DNA of 16,675 nt from Chthoniobacteraceae bacterium (GCA_031409655.1 JANNXQ010000178.1:1-16675); one strand, 5' to 3'; counted from the first letter of the stretch, positions 8,558-16,159 are shown. Translations and numbers: made by a program. Notes: generated by a model from the letters alone, not told the origin.

Positions 8558-8578
8558 GACCGGTCTTCTGCCGTGCAT

Positions 8579-8716
8579 GCCAAGCTCGCAGCCCTCGGTT
8601 TCGCACTGCGCCTTGGTCGGGGTGGCGATGGTCGCCCACGTCGCCTGCTCGATGGGATCGGAGCGGCGCTGCACCGTGTAGCTCTTGGCGTCGGAGAGCG
8701 GCTTTCATATTGCTAA
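8579..8716 (-). pseudogene. Fragment of a fibronectin type III-like domain gene
   Basis: Frame reads LAI*KPLSDAKSYTVQRRSDPIEQATWATIATPTKAQCETEGCELG with almost all third positions G/C. It resembles the W-x-P-x3-AKSY-x-V-Q FN3 pattern, with TGA (8705-8707) where Trp is expected. The YxFRVxA strand is missing. Confidence 0.55.
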
Positions 8717-8923
8717 GTTGGCGGCAGGCTCATGCTTGCCGTCGCATTCTCACATTGCCGGGCCCATGCCAGCCTCGGGATCATTTGCGGAAAAAGCCGG
8801 TTTTACTCTGGGAAATACCTTTTCGCGCCGCCTGGGAAGGCGCTCCGCGGAAACTTTTGCCTGTCAAAAACGAGAGCCGGTAAATCATTCCCGGCATATT
8901 TTTATGCGGCGGAATTTCCAAAT

Positions 8924-9154
8924 CGTGTGAACGAGACGCCGTCCAGTGCGCACGAAACGACGTTTCGTGCGAACGATGCGCCGCTCAGTGCGCACGAAAC
9001 GACGTTTCCTGTGAACGATGCGCCGCTCAGTGCGAACGAAATGGCGTTTCGTGTGAACGATGCGCCGTTTAGTCCGAACGAAACGGCGTTTTGGGTGAAC
9101 GATTTGCCGCATAGTGTGCACTGGATGGCGATTCCGGTGGACAACGCTCGGATT
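8924..9154. repeat. Tandem array of eleven 21-bp units with A/B alternation (42-bp super-period), quasi-palindromic
   Basis: Units such as AGTGCGCACGAAACGACGTTT (8945-8965, identical at 8987-9007) alternate with CGTGCGAACGATGCGCCGCTC-type units. The array degenerates toward 9154. Confidence 0.92.
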
Positions 9155-9297
9155 TTTTCTACGTCCCCCGCCGCAGCCGGGACGTGGGCGGTTCTTATCG
9201 GGAATCCGGTGGCGTCCAACCATCCGCCGAACCCCAAGTCTCTCGACACCGCTTCTCCTTTCGCATTTCGTTCTTGGAATTCTCGATTGAGAACAAA

Positions 9298-10500
9298 ATG
9301 CCTCAACCGCCAAGCAAACCCGCCTCCAAACACGCAAAACCACCGAAGGTGGGACGCTCGCCCCAGAGGGAGCGCGGCAATGCCGCGGATTCCAGCATTC
9401 TCCTCGAAGATGCTCCTGAATATGCCGCTGCCTCTCCGCGCTTCATCGACCTCTTCTGCGGCATCGGCGGCTTCCGCCTCGCCTTCGAGCGAGCGGGCGG
9501 GCGGTGTGTCTTCTCCTCCGACTACGACAAATTCAGCCAGCAGACCTACGAGGCGAATTTCGGCGAGCGCCCGCATGGCGACATCCACAGCGTCGCCGTC
9601 GCCGACATCCCCGCACACGACATCCTCTGCGGCGGCTTCCCCTGCCAGCCGTTCAGCATCGCGGGCGTGTCGAAGAAACTGAGCCTCGGCCGCAAGCACG
9701 GCTTCGAGGACGTGAAGCAGGGCAACCTCTTCTTCTCCATCGCCGACATCCTCGACTTCCACCGCCCCGCCGCGTTCGTCCTCGAGAACGTCAAGAACCT
9801 CAAGGGCCACGACGGCGGCAAGACCTTCGAGATCATCCACCGCACCCTCACCGAAGCGCTCGGTTACACCGTCTATTACAAGATCATCGACGCGCAGAGC
9901 GTCGTCCCCCAGCACCGCGAGCGCATCTTCCTCGTCGGCTTCCGCGAGTGGCGGTATTTCGAGTTCCCGCAGTTTCCCGCCGACGGTCCAAAGCTCGGCA
10001 GCATCCTCGAAACGAAACCGGACCCGAAATACACGCTCTCCGACCATCTCTGGACTTACCTCCAGAACTACGCCGCCAAACATCGCGCCGCCGGCAATGG
10101 CTTCGGCTTCGGCCTCGTCACCGAGCGCGACATCGCCCGCACGCTCAGCGCGCGCTACCACAAGGACGGCTCGGAAATCCTCATCGCGCAGAACGGGGGG
10201 CGCGTTCCCCGACGGCTTACTCCGCGTGAATGTGCCCGCCTCATGGGCTACCCGGAGTCGTTCAAAATCATCGTGTCTGACACGCAGGCTTATCGGCAAT
10301 TCGGCAACTCGGTTGTCGTTCCGGTCATCGAGAAAATTGCCCGCTCCGTTTGTGCGGCCCTCCGACGTCCGGTTGGTGAAACGCCGGATTTCGTTCTCAC
10401 GGCTGCGGAGCGTCCAGAGTCGCTTCCGGTTGAGTTACCTAGAACGCCCGTCCACTACGCGAAACCTCAGCGCGCAAAGCGCGCTCCACGTAAGAAATGA
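9298..10500 (+). CDS. dcm: DNA (cytosine-5)-methyltransferase, Dcm/M.EcoRII-like (predicted CCWGG)
   Basis: ATG 9298, 400 aa. Motif I FIDLFCGIGG, IV GFPCQPFSIAGVSKK, VI ENVKNL, VIII PQHRERI, Dcm-type recognition region KHRAAGNGFGFGLV...RTLSARYHKDGSEILI, IX RRLTPRECARLMGY, X SDTQAYRQFGNSV. Confidence 0.95.
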   Translation: MPQPPSKPASKHAKPPKVGRSPQRERGNAADSSILLEDAPEYAAASPRFIDLFCGIGGFRLAFERAGGRCVFSSDYDKFSQQTYEANFGERPHGDIHSVAVADIPAHDILCGGFPCQPFSIAGVSKKLSLGRKHGFEDVKQGNLFFSIADILDFHRPAAFVLENVKNLKGHDGGKTFEIIHRTLTEALGYTVYYKIIDAQSVVPQHRERIFLVGFREWRYFEFPQFPADGPKLGSILETKPDPKYTLSDHLWTYLQNYAAKHRAAGNGFGFGLVTERDIARTLSARYHKDGSEILIAQNGGRVPRRLTPRECARLMGYPESFKIIVSDTQAYRQFGNSVVVPVIEKIARSVCAALRRPVGETPDFVLTAAERPESLPVELPRTPVHYAKPQRAKRAPRKK

Positions 10501-11477
10501 ACGCCGACTTACTCCTTCAATTCCTGAACGACCCTGCTTGGGACGCCCCGTTTTTCAAGCGACTGGCGCATAATGACACGGGACAAGCGAGTGGCCACCA
10601 AGGCGGCATCGTCGTTCCGAAGGACCTTCGCGGCTACTTTCCCGCGCTCGACGAAGGGCTCGCCTCCGCCATCGCACCAACTGTTGACCGCTATCTCATC
10701 ACGGAAATGTTTGTTCCGGGTCAGCAGGTCGGCAGTGACATGGTGCGGTATCAATTTCAGACGTGGGGCGGCACGCGCAGCGCCGAAAGCCGCCTGACTG
10801 ATAACCTCGGACCCATCCGCAACAAGGCGCACGAAGGCGACTTGTTCATCATGCAACGCAGCCGTGACCGGCTCGATTCCTACCGCTTGGTGCTCGTTCG
10901 CAAAACCGATGCAGCGTTTGCGCAACTCGACGCCCTCACGCAGGGCACCCGCTGGGGCGCGCTGTTCTCCACGCGCCCGCCAATCTCACAACAAGAGCTA
11001 GTCGTTGCTCGCGCTGCGATGCTCGCGGATACCGCACAGCCATTCGTTCCAGTTCGCGAGAATGTTCCCCGCGTTGCAACGAGTCGGCAGGCAATCGCGC
11101 GCGATACTGCCTTCCGCGAAACGCTACTGACGCAATATCGGCGGCGTTGCGCCGTGAGCGGAATTGCCCTCGCGACGCACTCGCTCGCGGAAGCTGAAGC
11201 CGCCCACGTCATCCCGATTGGTCGCGGCGGCGCCGACGAACCTCGCAACGGATTCACCCTGACAGGAACGCTGCATTGGGCCTTTGACCGCGGACTATTC
11301 GGCGTCGCTGATAACCGCCGCGTCCTCGTGCCGGCGCGTGTGCGCGGGATGCAGGAGAATTCGTGGCTCGTCCAATTTCACGACAAGCCCATTGCCGAAG
11401 CAGATGTTTCGACGCTGCGGACTGCAACGGAAGCGTTCGCTTGGCACCGTGCGAATCTCCTCGTGCAGTGGGCCTGA
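10497..11477 (+). CDS. Putative restriction endonuclease: EcoRII-N-like DNA-binding domain fused to an HNH nuclease
   Basis: 326 aa with an ATGA overlap on the dcm stop. N-terminal FFKRLAHNDTGQASGHQGGIVVP resembles the EcoRII-N motif KRLSANDTGATGGHQ. C-terminal RD.AFR..L...Y..RCAVSG...EAAHVIP...GG.DEPRNG..L...LHWAFDRGL is HNH_2-type. Confidence 0.88.
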   Translation: MNADLLLQFLNDPAWDAPFFKRLAHNDTGQASGHQGGIVVPKDLRGYFPALDEGLASAIAPTVDRYLITEMFVPGQQVGSDMVRYQFQTWGGTRSAESRLTDNLGPIRNKAHEGDLFIMQRSRDRLDSYRLVLVRKTDAAFAQLDALTQGTRWGALFSTRPPISQQELVVARAAMLADTAQPFVPVRENVPRVATSRQAIARDTAFRETLLTQYRRRCAVSGIALATHSLAEAEAAHVIPIGRGGADEPRNGFTLTGTLHWAFDRGLFGVADNRRVLVPARVRGMQENSWLVQFHDKPIAEADVSTLRTATEAFAWHRANLLVQWA

Positions 11478-11516
11478 TTTTTTTCCTGGCAAGCGCATCG
11501 AGACCTGGTAGCGATC

Positions 11517-11894
11517 ATGGGCATGAGCACATGCATCTCCGTTCCAAACACGCTGCGTGCAGCGGGTCGGGCACTTCGCGGCGGTTTCGCCTCGCCCGTT
11601 GAAAAACTTGCCAAAGCCGACTTCGTCCGCGCGTGGTGCGCCATTGCTTACATTTATCCCGGCCTGCATCCGGAGGGTTTCGAGGAGAAAGATAATGGGT
11701 GGCCGCGCGTGTTGAAACGCTTCGCGGCTGATGCGTGGCGGCGGGCGGAAATTGGCGAACTGGACGAGAATGAAATGTATGTCTGCGACGCACAATGGGC
11801 CGGGCTTTACGACCGGATGCACACGCACGAGGACGACGAAACCGCGCGCCGTTTCCAAATTGCCGCCGACTACGGCGAGCCCGCCGATGGCTGA
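11517..11894 (+). CDS. Hypothetical protein (125 aa), no recognised family
   Basis: Fills the gap between the HNH gene and vsr in the same orientation, and its stop overlaps the vsr start (ATGGCTGA). Protein-like composition, rich in Trp/Tyr and acidic residues. Start 11517 or 11523. Confidence 0.7.
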   Translation: MGMSTCISVPNTLRAAGRALRGGFASPVEKLAKADFVRAWCAIAYIYPGLHPEGFEEKDNGWPRVLKRFAADAWRRAEIGELDENEMYVCDAQWAGLYDRMHTHEDDETARRFQIAADYGEPADG

Positions 11895-12330
11895 TGTCTT
11901 CACCCCGGCGAAGCGCAGCGCCGTCATGTCGCTCATCCGCTCGCGCGGCAACCGCGCGACGGAACTCCGCCTCATCGCGCTCATGCGCGAACACGGCATC
12001 ACCGGCTGGCGGCGGAACGCACTCGTCTTTGGCAAACCGGATTTTGTCTTCTACCGCGCGCGGGTCGCCGTGTTTGTGGACGGCTGCTTTTGGCACGGCT
12101 GCCCTCGCCACGCGACCAGTCCAGCGAACAACCGAGCGTTTTGGGAAGCCAAACTCTCCCGGAATGGAACTCGCGACCGCGAAGTATCCCGCAACTTGCG
12201 CAAAGCTGGCTGGACAGTTTTGCGAATCTGGGAATGTGCGCTCACGCCAGCACGAGCAGGGCGCACGTTGAAGCGGGTCGTCGCGGCATTGAGCCGATCA
12301 TCGTTGGCGCAGACGACCCGCCGATGCTGA
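11887..12330 (+). CDS. vsr: Very short patch repair endonuclease
   Basis: ATG 11887, 147 aa: MADVFTPAKRSAVMSLIRSRGN..TE, GKPDFVF, VFVDGCFWHGCP, FW..KL.RN..RD, GW.VLRIWEC. Confidence 0.96.
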   Translation: MADVFTPAKRSAVMSLIRSRGNRATELRLIALMREHGITGWRRNALVFGKPDFVFYRARVAVFVDGCFWHGCPRHATSPANNRAFWEAKLSRNGTRDREVSRNLRKAGWTVLRIWECALTPARAGRTLKRVVAALSRSSLAQTTRRC

Positions 12331-12439
12331 GATCGCCAGAGGACGATGCCGCCCCGGTGAAAAGCCGGAGCAGCCACCTTTTCCGCACGGACAAAGCCAT
12401 CACCCTCGAGGACGAAATTGCGCCGCACTGCTGCACGCG

Positions 12440-12463
12440 GCCGCCCGAGACGGCGGCGCTCCC
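12440..12463 (-). repeat. Single REP-like palindrome just downstream of ftsZ
   Basis: Minus strand GGGAGC-GCCGCC-GTCTCG-GGCGGC: GGAG plus a 6-bp GC hairpin, 4 nt after the ftsZ stop. Confidence 0.5.
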
Positions 12464-12467
12464 GGGT

Positions 12468-13814
12468 TTACTTCACCCGGAGATTCCGGCGGAGGAAGGT
12501 GGGCACGTCGAGGTCTTCACCGTTCACAATCGTGGGCTCGCTTTTCTCGAAACGCCCGCGGGTGACGGGCTCGAAGAGCATCTGTTCCTGCTTCGCTTCG
12601 CGCGCGGCTTTTTCTGCTTCGGCAGCAGCTTTGCGGGCTTGCTGCGTGGGCGTGGCACTGGCGGCGCTCGGGGCGGCTTCCGGGCGAGCTTTGGCGGCGA
12701 CTTGCGCGCGGTCCACGTCGTCTTCCGGCTCGACGAAGGCGAGGATTGGCGCGGGCCTGGGAGTTTCCGGCTCGGGCTCGGACGGACGCTGGGGTGCGGT
12801 GTGAGCCGCTGGGGTGGGCCGTGCGGCGATGCGCGCCGGGGCTTCGCCGCCGAGGGCGCTGAGGATCGTCACGCGCATTTTTCCACCGAGCTGCGCATCC
12901 GTGCCGCAGCCAAAAAGAATCCGCGTGGTGTCGCTGATGTGCCGGCCGAGTTCCTCCATGAGGATCTGCACTTCATTCAAGGTCATGCCGGGTCCGCCGA
13001 CGACATTCACGAGGACGTTGGCGGTTTCGTCGAGCAGTCGGCCGCGGTCCAGGAGCGGGCTTTTGAGCGCCTGGCTGAGGGCTTCGTGCGCGCGGTTGTC
13101 GCCGTCCGCTTCGCCGAAGCCGAAGATGCAGCGGGCATTCTGCGCGCGCAGGGTGGTGGCGAGTTCGTCGAAGCCGATGTGGATGAGGCCGCGCTGCTTC
13201 ACGAGGGAAGCGATCGCGCGGACGCTTTGGCTGAGCATCTGGTCGGCGGCGCCGAAGGCTTCCTGAATGCCCGCCCGCGGACTGACGGCATCGCCGAGGC
13301 GATCGTTTTCAAAACAGATGACGACGTCCGCCTGCTGCTGGAGCGCGGCGAGGGCTTCCTCTGCCTGGGCGAGGCGGCGCTTGCCTTCAAATTGAAAAGG
13401 CAAGGTGGCGAAGACGACGACGAGCGCGTTGTTCTCGCGGGCGTAGTTCGCGATCAAGGGCGCGGCACCGGAGCCAGTGCCACCGCCGAGTCCGACCAGG
13501 AGAAAAACCATCGACGCGCCTTCGAGCACGCTGCGCAGTTCGTCGGCCGACTCTTCCGCGGCGATGTAGCCGAGTTCCGGATCGCCGCCGGTGCCGAGCC
13601 CGCGCGTGGTCGCGCGTCCGATCTGCACCTTGTCGCCCGCGACCGATGCGAGGAGCGATTGCGCATCGGTATTCACGGCCACGAGGTCCGCCCCGGGCAC
13701 GCCGTCGAGCATCAGGCGGTCGAGGGCATTCGCACCGGCGCCGCCGATGCCGAGGATCTTGATCACGGGTTCCGTCGCCGGTTGGCTCGAAGGGTTGCGC
13801 GGGAGTTCGATCAT
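12468..13814 (-). CDS. ftsZ: Cell division protein FtsZ
   Basis: 448 aa. GIGGAGANA, VNTDAQ, GLGTGGDP..G, GLGGGTGSGAAP signature, PFQFEG, Pro/Ala linker, C-terminal core DLDVPTFLRR. Confidence 0.96.
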   Translation of the reverse strand: MIELPRNPSSQPATEPVIKILGIGGAGANALDRLMLDGVPGADLVAVNTDAQSLLASVAGDKVQIGRATTRGLGTGGDPELGYIAAEESADELRSVLEGASMVFLLVGLGGGTGSGAAPLIANYARENNALVVVFATLPFQFEGKRRLAQAEEALAALQQQADVVICFENDRLGDAVSPRAGIQEAFGAADQMLSQSVRAIASLVKQRGLIHIGFDELATTLRAQNARCIFGFGEADGDNRAHEALSQALKSPLLDRGRLLDETANVLVNVVGGPGMTLNEVQILMEELGRHISDTTRILFGCGTDAQLGGKMRVTILSALGGEAPARIAARPTPAAHTAPQRPSEPEPETPRPAPILAFVEPEDDVDRAQVAAKARPEAAPSAASATPTQQARKAAAEAEKAAREAKQEQMLFEPVTRGRFEKSEPTIVNGEDLDVPTFLRRNLRVK

Positions 13815-13820
13815 GGCTCG

Positions 13821-13848
13821 TTGGATTTCAGATTTCAGATTTCAGATG
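13821..13848 (-). repeat. Heptamer tandem repeat in the ftsA-ftsZ spacer
   Basis: Minus strand CATCTGA AATCTGA AATCTGA AATCCAA (GATTTCA x3 on +). Confidence 0.8.
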
Positions 13849-13863
13849 TGAAAGAGATCGCGC

Positions 13864-15084
13864 TCACCAGAGCCAAAGCCCGAAGAAGGCGAGCTTCTTG
13901 CGGATCCAGGTGAATGCCCCGGTGGGCTGCTCCGGCTGCATCGCTTGCGCGTATTTGATGAGACCGATGGCGGTCGAAAATTGCGGGTTCTCAAAGGCGG
14001 AAATATTTCCCGAGACCGAGGTCGCGTGCGTCACGGCCGCCTGGATGCCGAAGATTTCCTCGGCGAGTTCGCGGATGCCATCGAGCAGACTGCACCCGCC
14101 CGTGAGCATGAGTCCGGCGCCGAGAAATTCGAGGGCGATCCCGGCGTCGTCGAGCTGGCTGCGGAGCAACTCCAGCGTCTCGCGCACCCGGCAGTGGATG
14201 ATGCTGTTCAGCATTTCGCGCTCGATCTCTTTTCCGGCGAAGCCCGTCTCGTCCTTCAGCACGATCATCTCGCCCGGCCGACTCGCGCCGATGGTCACGC
14301 TGCCTTCCTCGCGCTTCAGCTTTTCCGCGCGATTGATCGGGATGCGCAGGCCGAGGGAAATGTCGTTGGTGATGTGATCGCCGCCGATCGGCACGCAGCC
14401 GCTGATCTTCACCGCGCCATCGATATAGACGATGTAGTCCGTGGTCCCGCCGCCCATGTCGATGACCAGCGCGCCGAGCCCTTTCTGATTGTGATCGAGC
14501 ACGACCTGCGCGGTGGCGAGCGGCGCGAAGACGACGTCGATGACCTCGGGCCCGACTTCCTTCACGCAGCGCACGCTATTCCGGATGCGCGTGGAGATGC
14601 CGTGGATGATGTGAAAATCCGCCTCCAGCCGGCGTCCGCACATGCCGATGGGATTGAGCACGCCGTCCTGCCCATCCACGTAGTAGTGCTGGAGCAGGGT
14701 ATGCACGAACATATTGGTCTGCGGGATGCTGACGTCGCCGGCATTGGCCTGCACTTCGTCAAAGTCCTCGTCGCAGATCTCGTCGCGCTCTTCGGGGATG
14801 TTGATCGCGCCGCGATTATTAAAGCTCTGGATGTGGCCGCCGGTGATTGCGAGATAGACGGCGCCGATGGCCACGTCACTTTTCTCCTCGGCAAAGGCGA
14901 GGGCTGAGCGGATGCATTTGCCGGCGGTTTCAAAGTCCACGATTTCGCCTTTGCGCACGCCGCGCGAAGGCTCCTCGCCCACGCCCAGGATTTTCACGGT
15001 TCCATCGCTGCGGCTTTCACCGACGGCGACGCAGATTTTCGAAGTCCCGATTTCGAGACCGACGAAGAGGTTATCTTTGCCCAT
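13864..15084 (-). CDS. ftsA: Cell division protein FtsA
   Basis: ATG 15084 (MGKDNLFVGLEIGTSKI), S.GVRKGEIVD, IDMGGGTTD, PIGGDHITNDI, AEKLK, LTGGCSLL, amphipathic C-terminal helix. Overlaps the ftsQ end by 14 nt. Confidence 0.96.
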   Translation of the reverse strand: MGKDNLFVGLEIGTSKICVAVGESRSDGTVKILGVGEEPSRGVRKGEIVDFETAGKCIRSALAFAEEKSDVAIGAVYLAITGGHIQSFNNRGAINIPEERDEICDEDFDEVQANAGDVSIPQTNMFVHTLLQHYYVDGQDGVLNPIGMCGRRLEADFHIIHGISTRIRNSVRCVKEVGPEVIDVVFAPLATAQVVLDHNQKGLGALVIDMGGGTTDYIVYIDGAVKISGCVPIGGDHITNDISLGLRIPINRAEKLKREEGSVTIGASRPGEMIVLKDETGFAGKEIEREMLNSIIHCRVRETLELLRSQLDDAGIALEFLGAGLMLTGGCSLLDGIRELAEEIFGIQAAVTHATSVSGNISAFENPQFSTAIGLIKYAQAMQPEQPTGAFTWIRKKLAFFGLWLW

Positions 15085-16159
15085 TTGAGTTAAACGGTTT
15101 TTTGAGATGATCGACTGGCGAGGTTTTGCGGACGGTTGAAGAAGGACTCGGGGAGGTCGCGGGCCGAGGCGTTGGGGTCGCGGTTCGCGGAGCGGGTGTG
15201 GCCTTTGGCGGCGTGCTTTTCGGCGCAGTTTTGCTGCCGGGTTTGGCGGGCGGCACTGGCGCGAGGGCGACGGGTTCGGGTTCGGGCTCCGCGGGCGTGG
15301 TGTAGGTGTTTTTCTCACCAAAGAGATTCACGCGCCGGAGTTCCTTCTGCTTCTCGACGCCGATGACCGCGAAGAGCTTGTGCAGCCGTTCGAGCTGCCG
15401 CTCAAGATTGTCGAGATGGAAGGTGACCTGAATGTGGCGGCTATCGGTGACCACGAGCGAATAGCCGTTGGCGACGTCGATCGTCTTGATCTGCCACCGG
15501 GTGTCGTCGGCATTGAGCCGCACCAGCTCGAGCGCGGCCTGGATCTCGTAGTTCGCCGCGCGCTGGCCAGCGGCGAGATTTTCCACCGGGAAGCCGCAGA
15601 TGATCGGCAGACGGAGATACTGGTGGAGCGCGCTGCGCGGCTGCATCGGGATCGCGCGCGCATCGATGAGGAAGGCTTTCCTGGAGGTCGTCGGGTCTTC
15701 GGTGCCCGTCGTCATGACCCAGGCGATGGGCTTCCGCTCCGAGACGGTGACATTCACGCGATTCGGAAAGAGGCGTCGCACCTCCACGCGATCGACCTGC
15801 GGCATCGCGGCGATGCGTGCGCGCGCGCCGGAGATATCGACTTTGAAAATGTTCACGCCTTCGACCAACTGTGCGGTGTTCAGGGCATCCTCGCGGAGCA
15901 GCGTGCCATCGGTGCGGTAGATGATTTCGGCGAGCGCGTAGTCGGGATTTTGCCAGACGAAACGGCGGAGCGCTTCCTTGCCGCCGACGACGGTGCCGAT
16001 GATGAGCGCCACCCAGAAGACGAACTTGCAGACCGTGAAAAGGGCGATGCGCTTGCGGCGCGAGCGCTCCTTGCTCTGGCGCGCCGTGACTTCGAGCGCG
16101 TGCTCGCGCTGGCGGCGGCGCTGGTAGTTTCCCCGGGTGTTGGCGGGCTTCTTTTTCAT
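15071..16159 (-). CDS. ftsQ: Cell division protein FtsQ/DivIB (POTRA domain)
   Basis: ATG 16159 with an ATGA overlap on the ddl stop. Basic N-terminus, one TM segment, POTRA (NIFKVDI...MPQVDRVEVRRLFPNRVNVTVSERKPIAW), Pro-rich tail; lies between ddl and ftsA. Confidence 0.92.
   Translation of the reverse strand: MKKKPANTRGNYQRRRQREHALEVTARQSKERSRRKRIALFTVCKFVFWVALIIGTVVGGKEALRRFVWQNPDYALAEIIYRTDGTLLREDALNTAQLVEGVNIFKVDISGARARIAAMPQVDRVEVRRLFPNRVNVTVSERKPIAWVMTTGTEDPTTSRKAFLIDARAIPMQPRSALHQYLRLPIICGFPVENLAAGQRAANYEIQAALELVRLNADDTRWQIKTIDVANGYSLVVTDSRHIQVTFHLDNLERQLERLHKLFAVIGVEKQKELRRVNLFGEKNTYTTPAEPEPEPVALAPVPPAKPGSKTAPKSTPPKATPAPRTATPTPRPATSPSPSSTVRKTSPVDHLKKPFNSNGQR

Noticed and set aside
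8924..9154. CRISPR array
   Set aside because: The units are contiguous 21-mers with no unique spacers, and there are no cas genes in the window.
9152..9185. Intrinsic terminator (ACGTCCC...GGGACGT)
   Set aside because: The T-run precedes the stem on + and there is no U-tract after it on either strand.
9270..9295. Verrucomicrobial LexA box before dcm
   Set aside because: GAACA is present but the TGTTC half-site at N4 spacing is not.
8732..9682. 316-aa + ORF through the array (RVNDAPL/SAHETTF repeats)
   Set aside because: It overlaps dcm out of frame, and unit variation falls mainly on first codon positions in this frame, unlike coding sequence.
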